Source: Flavobacteriaceae bacterium
GTDB lineage: Bacteria > Bacteroidota > Bacteroidia > Flavobacteriales > Flavobacteriaceae
Length of the DNA: 32,000 nucleotides
Direction: 5' to 3'
NCBI GenBank assembly: GCA_965224465.1
Contig: OZ245049.1
Coordinates: 3,180,001 to 3,212,000 of the forward strand
Positions 15,214-25,166 of this stretch are shown here, piece by piece. The notes beneath the pieces are model-generated. The model was not told where the DNA came from. It worked only from the letters and a program-made list of their open reading frames with translations, and searched no databases. Position 1 is the first letter of the stretch; each line of letters begins with the position of its first letter. The translations under genes and the position numbers were made by a program.

Positions 15214-17010
15214 TTATTTGTCTCCTCTACTTTCCAGTTCCTTTTGGAATTCTTCCATTACAGGTTTTACAGTGCTTTCTGGGATGTCTGATACACGTAT
15301 GTACATTAATCCATCTACAGCATTGTTAAATTTAGGGTCTACATTAAAAGCGACCAATCGAGCGTTTTGTTTTACGTATTTTTTTATCAATACAGGAATT
15401 CTAAGATTCCCAGGTTCAATTTCGTCTATAAATTTATCGAATTTTTGCATGTCTGCATTGGCTTCGTCGAAAACAAAATCTTTATCAGCATCTTTTAACT
15501 TTACTTTAAATTCTTTTTTAGGCTGAATGTACTGTGCCACATAAGGATCGTAGTAATGTGATTTCATAAATTCAATCATCAGTGATTTTGAAAACTCCGA
15601 AAATTGGTTGCTGATACTTACCCCTCCAATTAAGTATTTGTACTCAGGATAACGTAGGGTGGTATGAACAATTCCCTTCCACAACAAGAAAAGAGGCATT
15701 GGTTTTTGTTGGTACTCTTTGATGATAAAAGCACGCCCCATTTCTATAGAGTCCTCCATCATTCCAAATAATTCTGGTTCGAATTTGAATAAAGTATGAA
15801 TGTAAAATCCTTTAATTCCGTACTTTTTGAAAATAGATTTCCCGAGCCCCATACGGTAGGCACCTGCCAATTTATTAGCTTCTTTATCCCATAAAAATAG
15901 GTGGTGATAGTAGGTGTCAAATTCATCTAAATCGATGGCTAAATTTGTGCCTTCTCCTACCTCTCTAAAGGTTATTTCTCTAAGTCGTCCTATTTCTTGT
16001 AATAATTTAGGAATGGCATCACTAGGAGCGAAAAAAACCTCGTAATTTTTACTTTGTAAAAGTCTACCTTCATTTTCCCTCAAGGTGTCTACCTCTTTTA
16101 TGATTGCGCCTATATCGCCTTGAGCTACTATTTTTTTAGGTGATCGAGGTATTTTTAAAGAGGAAACATTTAGAGAGGTTGATTTCTCTTTTTCGAACGG
16201 ATTTGATAATAAATATGTTTTAGTTCGGATAAAATCACCTAAATCTTTGATGTTTTTGTATTCGTCTAATTGTTTTACAGAAATAGCTTTTCCGATTCGT
16301 ACTTTAACTACCCTTTCTTTTTGAGAAAGTAATTCTGAAGGTAATTTAGCGGTTCTTAGTTTGTCGCTTATTTTTGAAAGTATATAAAAATATCGGCTGT
16401 TTTTTGCGTGAAAATAAATAGGGATTACAGGTACTCTCGCTTTTTTAATTAATTTGATAGCTCCTTCTGCCCATGGTTTGTCTATGATTAGTTTTCCGTC
16501 TTTGTATGTAGAAACTTCTCCTGCAGGAAAAATCCCTAATGGATATCCGTCTTTTAGATGTTGTAACGCTTCTTTAATCCCCGTCAAACTAGACTTCGTG
16601 TCTTTGTGGTTTTCAAAAGGGTTTACAGCCAGAACATAGGGTTTTAAAGGCTTGATGCGGTGCAGTAGAAAATTGGCGATAATTTTATAATCGGTACGTC
16701 TTTCTATTAAAAGTTTTAACAAGAGTACACCATCAATACCACCTAAAGGGTGGTTTGAGACGGTTATAAAAGGTCCATTTTTCGGGATTCTTTTAAGGTC
16801 GCTTTCAGGAACTTCAAACTTAATTTGCAAATCGTTTAAAAGAGACGTGAAAAATTCGATTCCTTTTAAATGTTTGTGTGTATTGTAAATTTTATTAATG
16901 GTTGAAATTCTCAATATTTTTAAAAGAGACCAACCTATAAAAGTACCTAAAAAACCGTACTTTTCTACCTTGATCGCTTTGGCAACTTCTTTAGCTGTTA
17001 CTAAACTCAT
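15214..17010 (-). CDS. Bifunctional acyltransferase, OlsF-like (N-terminal PlsC-type O-acyltransferase plus C-terminal GNAT/OlsB-like N-acyltransferase); probable aminolipid synthase
   Basis: 598 aa. VSNHPLGGIDG and GIFPAGEVS acyltransferase motifs lie in the N-terminal half, with a GNAT-like C-terminal half. The architecture matches that described for OlsF of Flavobacterium and Serratia. Confidence 0.6.
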   Translation of the reverse strand: MSLVTAKEVAKAIKVEKYGFLGTFIGWSLLKILRISTINKIYNTHKHLKGIEFFTSLLNDLQIKFEVPESDLKRIPKNGPFITVSNHPLGGIDGVLLLKLLIERRTDYKIIANFLLHRIKPLKPYVLAVNPFENHKDTKSSLTGIKEALQHLKDGYPLGIFPAGEVSTYKDGKLIIDKPWAEGAIKLIKKARVPVIPIYFHAKNSRYFYILSKISDKLRTAKLPSELLSQKERVVKVRIGKAISVKQLDEYKNIKDLGDFIRTKTYLLSNPFEKEKSTSLNVSSLKIPRSPKKIVAQGDIGAIIKEVDTLRENEGRLLQSKNYEVFFAPSDAIPKLLQEIGRLREITFREVGEGTNLAIDLDEFDTYYHHLFLWDKEANKLAGAYRMGLGKSIFKKYGIKGFYIHTLFKFEPELFGMMEDSIEMGRAFIIKEYQQKPMPLFLLWKGIVHTTLRYPEYKYLIGGVSISNQFSEFSKSLMIEFMKSHYYDPYVAQYIQPKKEFKVKLKDADKDFVFDEANADMQKFDKFIDEIEPGNLRIPVLIKKYVKQNARLVAFNVDPKFNNAVDGLMYIRVSDIPESTVKPVMEEFQKELESRGDK

Positions 17011-17033
17011 TAAATCGAAATTAATAGTAACTA

Positions 17034-17041
17034 CAAAGGTA
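17034..17041 (-). promoter_or_regulatory. -7 box TACCTTTG (minus strand) upstream of the OlsF-like gene
   Basis: Exact TAnnTTTG 24 nt before the ATG at 17010. Confidence 0.4.
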
Positions 17042-17109
17042 CAACTTCTAGGTGGCTTTTAATAATGAATGCTTGTAAAGGGTAGTAATTTAACGATTTT
17101 TTAGCTTAT

Positions 17110-18360
17110 TCAAGGATTTTGTATTAGTACTTGTACCGTTTGTTTGGTTGCTTGTTTTAATAAAACGGATCCTTTTTTTTCTATCAGTTCTACCGCTTTT
17201 TTTGTGGCGTATCTAATGGTGTAAAGTGTTATGTTTGAGTTGTAGTACACGGTGTAGTTTTCTTGAAGTTTTTTGATAAACATTTTAAATCTATCGTGGT
17301 TGTCTTCCACGCAAACCGAAAAACTTAGGGCAGAATTTTGAATCAAATTTACGGTGAGTTTATAGTCATCTAAAAGTTGAAAAACATGCCTTAAGTTGGA
17401 CGTGACCATAAAAGAAAAATCTTTTGCAGAAATGGAAACGAGGTATTGCTGTTTCTTTTGAATAAAACAAGGTGTTTCTGGACTTAAGGCGATTCCTTTT
17501 TGTACAACAGTTCCTGTTGTGTTTAAATTTTCAAAAGACCTTACGTGTAAAGGTATGTTTTTGTTTTCTAATGGTTTTAGCGTTTTAGGATGTATCACAG
17601 TGGCGCCGTAAAAGGCCATTTCAGTAGCTTCTTTATAAGAGATTTTAGTTAAAAGAACAGTGTTTTTGAATGCCCTAGGGTCTGCATTTAGTACGCCATC
17701 TACGTCTTTCCAAATAGTTACACTTTTTGCATTTAAACAGAAAGCAAAAATTGCTGCGGTAAAATCAGAGCCCTCTCTTCCCAGTGTGGTTGTTTGGTTG
17801 GTGACACCTCCTGCTACAAATCCCTGGGTGATACACAGTTTGTGCTGTATGTTTTGTTGGATGTTTTTTTCTGTCGTCTCCCAGTCTACGTTGGCTGCTC
17901 TAAAATTAGAATCTGTACGGATACAGGTTCGTACGTCTATCCAAGTATTTGGTATGTCCTGACTTTGGAGGTATGAGCTTACTATTTTTGTTGATAATAG
18001 TTCCCCAAAGGATACGATCTGATCATAAATATAATCATAATTCTGAGACCTGTTACGAACTAAAAACCCACTTAGTTTTCCGAAAAGTAATTCGTTTTCC
18101 ATAAAAATAGCAGCATCTTTTTGAAATAAGTCCGTACAAATTTGAGCGTGATAATCTCTGATTACATCAATAGAATGATTTAAAGTGTCGGATTTGCTCA
18201 CATAGTCGTCTACTACTTTTTCAAATGCATTGGTCATCTTTCCCATTGCTGAGAGAATCACTACGGTATTTTGATACCCTTCATGTTTTAATACGTGTAC
18301 TATATTTTTAATAGCATCGGCACTTTTTACAGAAGCGCCTCCAAACTTAAATACTTTCAT
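17110..18360 (-). CDS. lysC: Aspartate kinase
   Basis: 416 aa. MKVFKFGGASV N-terminus, TTLGREGSDFTAA motif and C-terminal ACT-like region. Confidence 0.9.
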   Translation of the reverse strand: MKVFKFGGASVKSADAIKNIVHVLKHEGYQNTVVILSAMGKMTNAFEKVVDDYVSKSDTLNHSIDVIRDYHAQICTDLFQKDAAIFMENELLFGKLSGFLVRNRSQNYDYIYDQIVSFGELLSTKIVSSYLQSQDIPNTWIDVRTCIRTDSNFRAANVDWETTEKNIQQNIQHKLCITQGFVAGGVTNQTTTLGREGSDFTAAIFAFCLNAKSVTIWKDVDGVLNADPRAFKNTVLLTKISYKEATEMAFYGATVIHPKTLKPLENKNIPLHVRSFENLNTTGTVVQKGIALSPETPCFIQKKQQYLVSISAKDFSFMVTSNLRHVFQLLDDYKLTVNLIQNSALSFSVCVEDNHDRFKMFIKKLQENYTVYYNSNITLYTIRYATKKAVELIEKKGSVLLKQATKQTVQVLIQNP

Positions 18361-18363
18361 TTG

Positions 18364-18840
18364 TTATTGGTCTAAAAAGGATTTCATAGCAGTGCTGTCC
18401 ATTTGTACATTGCACCATTCATTCATTACATTTGCACCTGTATTTTTATAAAAGTCTACTGCGGGAGTATTCCAATCCAGGACATTCCATTCAATGCGTT
18501 TGACTCCTAAAGTATAGGCGTGTTCAATTACTTTCTTGTAAAGTTTCCCTCCTATTTTTAATTGGCGCTTGTCTTGTTGGACTATTAAATCTTCTAAATG
18601 AATCGTGGGACCTTTCCACGTAGAATATCGTGCATAAAACAAAGCCAGACCAACAATCTCCCCTTCGAGTTCTGCAACGTAGCATTCAAACAAAGGAGTT
18701 GTCCCGAAACCATGTTTTTCTAATTCTTGAATACTGATTTCTACGGCATCAGGTTCTTTTTCGAAGGTTGCTAATTCTTTAATTAATGAGAAAGCACTTG
18801 GCATGTCTGTTTTTTTTCCTTTTCTAATGATAAGATTCAT
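18364..18840 (-). CDS. GNAT-family N-acetyltransferase
   Basis: 158 aa. Acetyl-CoA binding segment VQQDKRQLKIGGKLY and a typical GNAT length. Confidence 0.8.
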   Translation of the reverse strand: MNLIIRKGKKTDMPSAFSLIKELATFEKEPDAVEISIQELEKHGFGTTPLFECYVAELEGEIVGLALFYARYSTWKGPTIHLEDLIVQQDKRQLKIGGKLYKKVIEHAYTLGVKRIEWNVLDWNTPAVDFYKNTGANVMNEWCNVQMDSTAMKSFLDQ

Positions 18841-18858
18841 TTTTTTTTAAATTTTACA

Positions 18859-18866
18859 CAAATTTA
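18859..18866 (-). promoter_or_regulatory. -7 box TAAATTTG (minus strand) upstream of GNAT-lysC
   Basis: Exact TAnnTTTG about 18 nt before the ATG at 18840. Confidence 0.4.
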
Positions 18867-18903
18867 CACGATATTTGTCAAAACACACAACAACAAAAAT
18901 TAA

Positions 18904-19941
18904 ATGAAACAAAGTAGAACTACCTTAGGAGAGTATATAATTGAAAATCAAAAACATTATAAGTCTACTTCTGGTGAGTTTTCGCGCTTAATCAGCTCTA
19001 TTAGGCTCGCAGCGAAAATTGTAAATCACAAAGTAAATAAAGCAGGATTAAGTAATATTTTAGGTGCTGCAGGGGATGTTAATATTCAAGGAGAAGCACA
19101 GCAAAAGCTGGATGTTTTTGCCAATGAAATATTTATGCAAACCTTGATTAATCGTGAAATTGTTTGTGGAATAGCCAGTGAAGAAGAAGACAAATTTGTT
19201 ACAATTAAAGGAAAACATCAAACCAATGAAAACAAATATGTAGTTCTAATAGATCCTTTAGACGGCTCTTCTAATATAGACGTAAACGTATCTGTAGGGA
19301 CTATTTTTTCTATTTATAGACGGATTACCCCTATAGGAACGCCCGTTGATGAAATGGATTTTTTACAGCGAGGGAGTCAGCAAGTTTGTGCTGGATATGT
19401 AGTATATGGAACGTCAACAATGCTTGTTTATACTTCTGGGCATGGAGTGAATGGATTTACATTGAATCCAGCTATTGGCTCATTTTACCTGTCACATCCC
19501 AATATGAAATTCCCTGAAAAAGGAAATATCTATTCGGTTAACGAAGGGAACTATGTGCATTTTCCTCAAGGCGTAAAAGATTATTTAAAATATTGTCAAG
19601 AAGAGGTTGATGACAGGCCGTACACATCACGTTATATCGGTTCCTTGGTGTCAGATTTTCATAGAAATATGATTAAGGGAGGAATTTATATGTATCCTAC
19701 CAGTACAAAAGCACCAAAAGGAAAATTGAGAATTTTATATGAATGTAATCCCATGGCATTTTTAGCAGAACAAGCGGGCGGGAAGGCTTCAGATGGTTAT
19801 ATGAGAATTATGGACATTAAACCTACAGAATTGCATCAACGTGTTCCTTTTTTCTGTGGTTCAATAACCATGGTGGAAAAGGCAGAATCGTTTATGTCTA
19901 AGTATCCAGAAGGTGCAAATTACAACGAAGAAGAAGTGTAA
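18904..19941 (+). CDS. fbp: Fructose-1,6-bisphosphatase class I
   Basis: 345 aa. [11 protein letters not shown] and [12 protein letters not shown] motifs. Confidence 0.95.
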   Translation: MKQSRTTLGEYIIENQKHYKSTSGEFSRLISSIRLAAKIVNHKVNKAGLSNILGAAGDVNIQGEAQQKLDVFANEIFMQTLINREIVCGIASEEEDKFVTIKGKHQTNENKYVVLIDPLDGSSNIDVNVSVGTIFSIYRRITPIGTPVDEMDFLQRGSQQVCAGYVVYGTSTMLVYTSGHGVNGFTLNPAIGSFYLSHPNMKFPEKGNIYSVNEGNYVHFPQGVKDYLKYCQEEVDDRPYTSRYIGSLVSDFHRNMIKGGIYMYPTSTKAPKGKLRILYECNPMAFLAEQAGGKASDGYMRIMDIKPTELHQRVPFFCGSITMVEKAESFMSKYPEGANYNEEEV

Positions 19942-20285
19942 ACTCTACGAGTTTTAGGAGCATCCTTAGGAGCAACGTGCAGTTTTGGCATATTTTTAAG
20001 AAGGTTTTTCTACCTTAAAAACAGGTCATAAAAAGGAATAAATAACGTCCATGGTAGTATAATAGCTATTGTGGGCGTTTTTTGTGATGCATTCTTTTTG
20101 GTGCTATTGTAACTTAATTTTAAAAGAATTGCTTGCGCCAGCCGTAGGGGATTGTTTTTAGGGTTAAGAACGGCTGCTTATCCGCTATTATAATCATCAT
20201 CAATATCATTATAAAGACAATCAATTTAATAGTGGAGTAAAATTGCATATCTTTAGGTACATTTACAAAACAAAAAATAGATATT

Positions 20286-20894
20286 ATGGCTTTTGAACTA
20301 CCTAAATTACCTTACGCTTACGATGCGTTGGAACCACATATAGATGCAAGAACTATGGAAATTCACCACAGTAAGCATCACCAAGGATATACAAATAATT
20401 TAAATAATGCGATTGCAGGAACCGATTTAGAAGGAAAATCAATCGAAGATATATTGGCTGGTTTAGACATGTCAAATGGAGCTGTTCGAAATAACGGAGG
20501 TGGTTTTTATAATCATAGGTTATTTTGGGAAGTAATGTCTCCAAATGGAGGAGGAGAACCTACAGGTGAGTTGGCTACAGCTATTAATGATGCTTTTGGT
20601 TCGTTTGAATCATTTAAAGATGCGTTCTCTAAAGCAGCAGCTACGCAATTCGGATCTGGATGGGCATGGTTGTGTGTACATGCAGGTGGTAAAGTTTCTG
20701 TGTGTTCTACGCCAAATCAAGACAATCCGCTAATGGAAGAAGTTAATTGTGATGGACATCCTGTGTTGGGCTTAGATGTTTGGGAGCACGCTTATTACTT
20801 AAATTACCAAAATCGCAGACCAGACTATATCAATGCATTTTTTAATGTAATTAATTGGGCGGAAGTTTCAAAACGGTACGCTTCAAACAAATAA
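20286..20894 (+). CDS. Fe/Mn-family superoxide dismutase
   Basis: 202 aa. [19 protein letters not shown] and DVWEHAYYL metal-ligand motifs. Confidence 0.95.
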   Translation: MAFELPKLPYAYDALEPHIDARTMEIHHSKHHQGYTNNLNNAIAGTDLEGKSIEDILAGLDMSNGAVRNNGGGFYNHRLFWEVMSPNGGGEPTGELATAINDAFGSFESFKDAFSKAAATQFGSGWAWLCVHAGGKVSVCSTPNQDNPLMEEVNCDGHPVLGLDVWEHAYYLNYQNRRPDYINAFFNVINWAEVSKRYASNK

Positions 20895-20931
20895 TTTAGA
20901 GTTTCTGATTATTTACTAACAAATTAAGAGG

Positions 20932-20968
20932 TCCAATAGAAGTGAAAGCTATTATTGGATCTTTTTTT
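20932..20968 (+). terminator. Intrinsic terminator after the SOD gene
   Basis: TCCAATA...TATTGGA stem followed by TCTTTTTTT. Confidence 0.55.
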
Positions 20969-20978
20969 ATTTGAGAAT

Positions 20979-21611
20979 TTATTTACGTCCAAAATCGGCT
21001 GGGATCTCTCCCCAAGCTTTGGTTTCCCATTTTAATATTGTCGTGTTGTAATTGTTATTTCTTAGCCATGCTTCCGCACGTTTAATCAAGTCGAAAAGCG
21101 CTTTGTTTTCTTGAGTGATAGGAAGGTTTGTTCGGCATTGTTTTTTTTGAACCCAGCTCATTGCTATTCTCGAGTCAGAATAAATGGGGACATTGGATTT
21201 ATGAATTTTTAAAAAACCTAGACCATGTACCAATGCTAAAAATTCACCTATGTTATTTGTTCCTTTTTTGTAAGGACCTTGAGTAAAATATTGTTTTTTT
21301 GATTTAGAGTCAACGCCTCTATATTCCATAACTCCTGGATTTCCTGCGCAAGCGGCATCTACAGAAATGGAAGGATATACAGGAAGTCCTATTTTTTTAA
21401 GCTCTTCTCTCGATAGAATTACTTTTTTGGTGTCTTTTCCTACGTAATCAAAATAGTTTTCTTTTAAGGCTTTTTCTGCTTCGTTTTTAGAAACAAAAGA
21501 TTTGTATTGTGCTCCTTTAAAATCAGTAATGTGTTTTTTACAGACTTTCCAAGAGGTGAAAACACCTGTTTTATGACCTTGCCATACTACATAGTACTTT
21601 TTCTTTCCCAT
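20979..21611 (-). CDS. rnhA: Ribonuclease HI with an N-terminal hybrid-binding (caulimovirus VI-like) domain
   Basis: 210 aa. N-terminal YYVVWQGHKTGVF...AQYKSF, then an RNase H core with SVDAACAGNPG, NNIGEFLAL and IYSDS. Confidence 0.88.
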   Translation of the reverse strand: MGKKKYYVVWQGHKTGVFTSWKVCKKHITDFKGAQYKSFVSKNEAEKALKENYFDYVGKDTKKVILSREELKKIGLPVYPSISVDAACAGNPGVMEYRGVDSKSKKQYFTQGPYKKGTNNIGEFLALVHGLGFLKIHKSNVPIYSDSRIAMSWVQKKQCRTNLPITQENKALFDLIKRAEAWLRNNNYNTTILKWETKAWGEIPADFGRK

Positions 21612-21614
21612 AGG

Positions 21615-22187
21615 CTAGTTTTTCATTTTTAAAAGTACGGATTCAATAACCTGAGGAAAGTTGTTTTGCTCTAGGATGTGAATTTTTGCAGCTACATCAG
21701 CGGCAGTGTCATTTGGAGAAAGACTTGTTTTACATTGAAAAATGATGGCTCCTTCGTCATAATGTTCATTTACATAGTGGATGGTAATTCCTGTTTCAAT
21801 TTCTTTATTTGCGACCACCGCTTGGTGAACATTGCTCCCAAACATGCCTTTTCCTCCGTATTTAGGAAGCAGTGCAGGGTGGATGTTAATCACCTTATTT
21901 GGGAAGTTTTCTAATAAATTACTTGGAACTTTCCATAAAAAACCAGCTAAAATTATAATGTCTGCTTCTTTTTTTAGCAACTCTAAAACACGAGTACCTG
22001 TAAAAAAGTCAGCTTTACCGAATGTTAAGTTACTTACATTAAGTCTTTTAGCTCTGATCAAAACTTTGGCATCCTTGTTGTTAGATAAAACATAAGTAAC
22101 ACGTGCGATGTTACTGTTTTGAAAATAGGTAATGATGTTTTCGGCATTGGATCCAGATCCAGAAGCCAGAATTACAATTCTTCTCAT
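21615..22187 (-). CDS. purN: Phosphoribosylglycinamide formyltransferase
   Basis: 190 aa. ILASGSGSNAE and INIHPALLPKYGG motifs. Confidence 0.92.
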   Translation of the reverse strand: MRRIVILASGSGSNAENIITYFQNSNIARVTYVLSNNKDAKVLIRAKRLNVSNLTFGKADFFTGTRVLELLKKEADIIILAGFLWKVPSNLLENFPNKVINIHPALLPKYGGKGMFGSNVHQAVVANKEIETGITIHYVNEHYDEGAIIFQCKTSLSPNDTAADVAAKIHILEQNNFPQVIESVLLKMKN

Positions 22188-22219
22188 AATAGTTTGGTTG
22201 CATTTGTTGCAAAATAAAA

Positions 22220-22227
22220 CAAAAATA
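22220..22227 (-). promoter_or_regulatory. -7 box TATTTTTG (minus strand) upstream of purN-rnhA
   Basis: Exact TAnnTTTG about 33 nt before the purN ATG. Confidence 0.4.
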
Positions 22228-22335
22228 CTAACAAATACAGGGTGTAGACGAAAAACTTAAGGGTTTGAAATAACTTTAAATTAGAGTTAATTTGATTTAT
22301 TATGGATAAAAGATTTTCAATTAGAGAAAGTTTTT

Positions 22336-22343
22336 TATTTTTG
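22336..22343 (+). promoter_or_regulatory. -7 box TATTTTTG upstream of acpP-fabF-rnc
   Basis: Exact TAnnTTTG; its final G lies 30 nt before the acpP ATG. Confidence 0.45.
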
Positions 22344-22373
22344 CCGTGTAATTAAATTTAAAATTAAAAAATT

Positions 22374-22610
22374 ATGTCAGACATTTCATCAAGAGTAAAA
22401 GCCATTATCGTAGATAAATTAGGCGTTGACGAAAATGAAGTAACAATTGAAGCGAGCTTCACAAATGATTTAGGAGCAGATTCACTTGACACTGTTGAAC
22501 TAATCATGGAATTCGAAAAAGAATTTGATATTCAAATTCCAGATGACCAAGCTGAAAACATTGGAACTGTAGGTCAAGCAATTAGCTATATAGAAGACGC
22601 AAAAAAGTAA
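22374..22610 (+). CDS. acpP: Acyl carrier protein
   Basis: 78 aa. [17 protein letters not shown] phosphopantetheine site. Confidence 0.97.
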   Translation: MSDISSRVKAIIVDKLGVDENEVTIEASFTNDLGADSLDTVELIMEFEKEFDIQIPDDQAENIGTVGQAISYIEDAKK

Positions 22611-22616
22611 TTTTAT

Positions 22617-23867
22617 ATGGAATTAAAACGAGTTGTAGTAACTGGACTTGGTGCATTAACACCAATTGGCAACAATGTAGAAGAGTATTGGAAAGGTTTA
22701 ATTAACGGTGTTAGTGGAGCTGCTCCCATTACTCATTTTGATGCCTCCAAGTTCAAGACTCGTTTTGCTTGCGAGCTAAAGAATTTTAATGTTAATGATT
22801 TCATTAACAGGAAAGATGCTCGAAAAATGGACAAGTTTACTCAGTATGCTATGGTAGCTGCTGATGAAGCTGTCCTAAATTCTAAGTTAGACTTAGAAAA
22901 AGTAGATAAAGACAGGGTTGGTGTAATTTGGGGAGCCGGAGTTGGTGGATTGGAAACATTTCAGAACGAAGTGTTGAATTTTGCGAAAGGCGATGGTACT
23001 CCTAAATTTAACCCCTTCTTTATTCCTAAGATGATTCCAGATATTGCCCCAGGGTATATCTCGATTAAATATGGATTTAGAGGGCCAAACTTTACCACGG
23101 TTTCTGCTTGTGCCTCCTCTGCCAATGCTATTATAGATGCTTTGAATTATATCCGTTTAGGATATGCAGATGTGATGGTTACGGGAGGGTCAGAATCAGC
23201 AGTTATTGAATCTGGTATGGCTGGGTTTAATGCAATGCATGCTTTGTCTACAAGAAACGATGATCCAGCAACAGCCTCACGACCTTTTGACAAAGGAAGA
23301 GACGGTTTTGTGCTAGGAGAAGGTGCTGGAGCATTAATCTTAGAGGAATATGAACATGCGATGGCTAGGGGTGCTAAAATCTACGCAGAAGTAGGTGGAG
23401 GTGGACTGTCGGCAGATGCACATCATATCACTGCGCCTCATCCAGAAGGATTGGGAGCGAAGCTTGTAATGTTAAATTGTATCAAAGATGCTGGCTTAAA
23501 ACCAGAAGATGTAGATGCCATCAATATGCATGGGACTTCTACACCACTTGGTGATATTGCAGAATCAAAAGCAATTAAAGCAGTTTTTGGAGAACATGCT
23601 TATAAAATAAATATAAATTCTACCAAATCAATGACAGGTCATTTGTTAGGTGCAGCCGGAGCTATAGAAGCAATTGCTTCTATTTTATCAATAAATAACG
23701 GAATCGTACCTCCAACAATTAATCATTTTGAAGATGATGATCAGATCGATAGCAAGTTAAACTTTACGTTTAATAAGCCTCAGAAACGTGTTATAAAAGT
23801 TGCGATGAGCAATACATTTGGATTTGGAGGGCACAATGCCTGTGTGCTTTTCAAAAAATTTGATTAA
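22617..23867 (+). CDS. fabF: Beta-ketoacyl-ACP synthase II
   Basis: 416 aa. TVSACASS active-site Cys, HGTSTPLGD and GHLLGAAG motifs. Confidence 0.96.
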   Translation: MELKRVVVTGLGALTPIGNNVEEYWKGLINGVSGAAPITHFDASKFKTRFACELKNFNVNDFINRKDARKMDKFTQYAMVAADEAVLNSKLDLEKVDKDRVGVIWGAGVGGLETFQNEVLNFAKGDGTPKFNPFFIPKMIPDIAPGYISIKYGFRGPNFTTVSACASSANAIIDALNYIRLGYADVMVTGGSESAVIESGMAGFNAMHALSTRNDDPATASRPFDKGRDGFVLGEGAGALILEEYEHAMARGAKIYAEVGGGGLSADAHHITAPHPEGLGAKLVMLNCIKDAGLKPEDVDAINMHGTSTPLGDIAESKAIKAVFGEHAYKININSTKSMTGHLLGAAGAIEAIASILSINNGIVPPTINHFEDDDQIDSKLNFTFNKPQKRVIKVAMSNTFGFGGHNACVLFKKFD

Positions 23868-23882
23868 GCAGGATAATTTTGA

Positions 23883-24620
23883 ATGAACTTCATTCGTAAA
23901 ATAATAAAATCTCGGTCTCCCGAAGATGAGGCGTTTTATAATGATTTAAAACTTATTATGGGTTTTGGACCTAAGAATTTGAATTATTATAGAAAGGCTT
24001 TCTTACATCGTTCTTTAAAAAAGTTAGATGATATTGGGAATCCGAGAAATTATGAACGCTTAGAATTTTTAGGCGATGCCATGTTGGGCGGTGTAATCGC
24101 TTCTTACTTATTTAAAAAAGTTCCCGCTGGAGATGAAGGCTATTTGACTCAAATGAGGTCAAAAATTGTAAGTCGTGATCACTTGAACGAATTGGGACGT
24201 GATTTAAATTTAACGAAATTTGTCGAAAGCAATATTTCACGTAAAAAATTTGGAGAAAATATTCATGGAAATATTTTCGAAGCTTTAGTTGGAGCCATCT
24301 ATTTGGATAGAGGCTACAATTATTGTAAAAGATTTGTATACCATTGCGTAATCAAACCTTATGTAGATATTCCTAAACTAGAAGGTAAAATTACAAGTTA
24401 TAAAAGTCTTTTTATAGAGTGGTGTCAGAAAGAAAAACATAGTTTCGAATTTCAAATATACGATGATACTGGGATAGAAAATCTCAAGTACTTTGGAGTT
24501 CGTTTGTTTTTAAATGGAAAAGTTATTTCTAAAGGAAGAGGTACCTCTAAAAAGAAAGCAGAAGAAGTTGCTGCCAAGCGTGGCTATTTTGTATTTCAAG
24601 AGGATATTTCTAAAATGTAA
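23883..24620 (+). CDS. rnc: Ribonuclease III
   Basis: 245 aa. ERLEFLGDA signature, EALVGAIYLD, and a C-terminal dsRBD. Confidence 0.93.
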   Translation: MNFIRKIIKSRSPEDEAFYNDLKLIMGFGPKNLNYYRKAFLHRSLKKLDDIGNPRNYERLEFLGDAMLGGVIASYLFKKVPAGDEGYLTQMRSKIVSRDHLNELGRDLNLTKFVESNISRKKFGENIHGNIFEALVGAIYLDRGYNYCKRFVYHCVIKPYVDIPKLEGKITSYKSLFIEWCQKEKHSFEFQIYDDTGIENLKYFGVRLFLNGKVISKGRGTSKKKAEEVAAKRGYFVFQEDISKM

Positions 24621-24675
24621 CCTACTGCACTAAAACGGTTTCGTAGAAAAAACCGTAGAGTCTCCTAACAATCCG

Positions 24676-24683
24676 TAACTTTG
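24676..24683 (+). promoter_or_regulatory. -7 box TAACTTTG upstream of the IPExxxVDY gene and pyk
   Basis: Exact TAnnTTTG; its final G lies 21 nt before the ATG at 24705. Confidence 0.4.
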
Positions 24684-24704
24684 CCGTCAGTTTAATAGAG
24701 ATAT

Positions 24705-25163
24705 ATGCCTGTATTAACATTGGAAATGCCAGAGGATTATGTACTAGTCGGAATTCACTCAGTAGAGGAGGGTTATAGACTAGCGTACTTGTTTAATCAA
24801 TGTTTAAACAGCTCATTTGTACTGTCTAAGATAAGTTTAGACTTTAAAAATAATACCGTACAGTTTCCTATATTTGAATGGGAGGACGCAGAAAATTTTT
24901 CCAGTCAATATTTGATTGGAAATAAACAAATTACAAACTCAGAACCGTCAGAAGGTTTTGATTTGTTTAGTGGTCATATTAATACCATCCATTATTTGAT
25001 ACCAGAGAAAAGAAAAATTGACTATTTCTTAAAGATAGAAGGTGACATTTGTGATAAAAAATTACGTAATTTCATGAAGCAAATAAATCAAATACCTCAG
25101 GTACAATCTGCATATTTTGTAGATACAAACACAATAAAATCAACAAAAAATTTAATATTTTAA
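24705..25163 (+). CDS. IPExxxVDY-family protein (Bacteroidota-specific, function unknown)
   Basis: 152 aa. Contains LIPEKRKIDYFLK (IPExxxIDY). Lies in the usual position between rnc and pyk. Confidence 0.7.
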   Translation: MPVLTLEMPEDYVLVGIHSVEEGYRLAYLFNQCLNSSFVLSKISLDFKNNTVQFPIFEWEDAENFSSQYLIGNKQITNSEPSEGFDLFSGHINTIHYLIPEKRKIDYFLKIEGDICDKKLRNFMKQINQIPQVQSAYFVDTNTIKSTKNLIF

Positions 25164-25166
25164 TAC

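Noticed and set aside
15167-15526. 119-aa plus-strand ORF, and the other antisense ORFs in the track (for example 762-965, 1038-1220, 1296-1583, 2139-2336, 2707-3521, 5134-5340, 6200-6436, 8431-8640, 9265-9522, 10199-10411, 13221-13496, 16454-16639, 17660-17976, 20353-20733, 21678-22095, 25286-25477, 28468-28680, 30336-30584)
   Set aside because: All lie inside or antisense to well-supported genes, have low-complexity or Ser/Cys/Phe-rich composition, and have no motifs. They are typical shadow ORFs of AT-rich DNA.
20140-20185. Possible internally deleted foldback-repeat relic between fbp and the SOD gene (TTGTTTTTAGGGTTAAGAACGGCTG)
   Set aside because: Similarity to the consensus is limited to short T-rich strings and AGAACG, which cannot be told apart from chance by eye.
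22198-22212. TTGCA-N5-TGCAA inverted repeat in the purN leader as a possible operator
   Set aside because: The arms are only 5 bp in AT-rich DNA, so a chance occurrence is likely, and no second copy is seen in the window.
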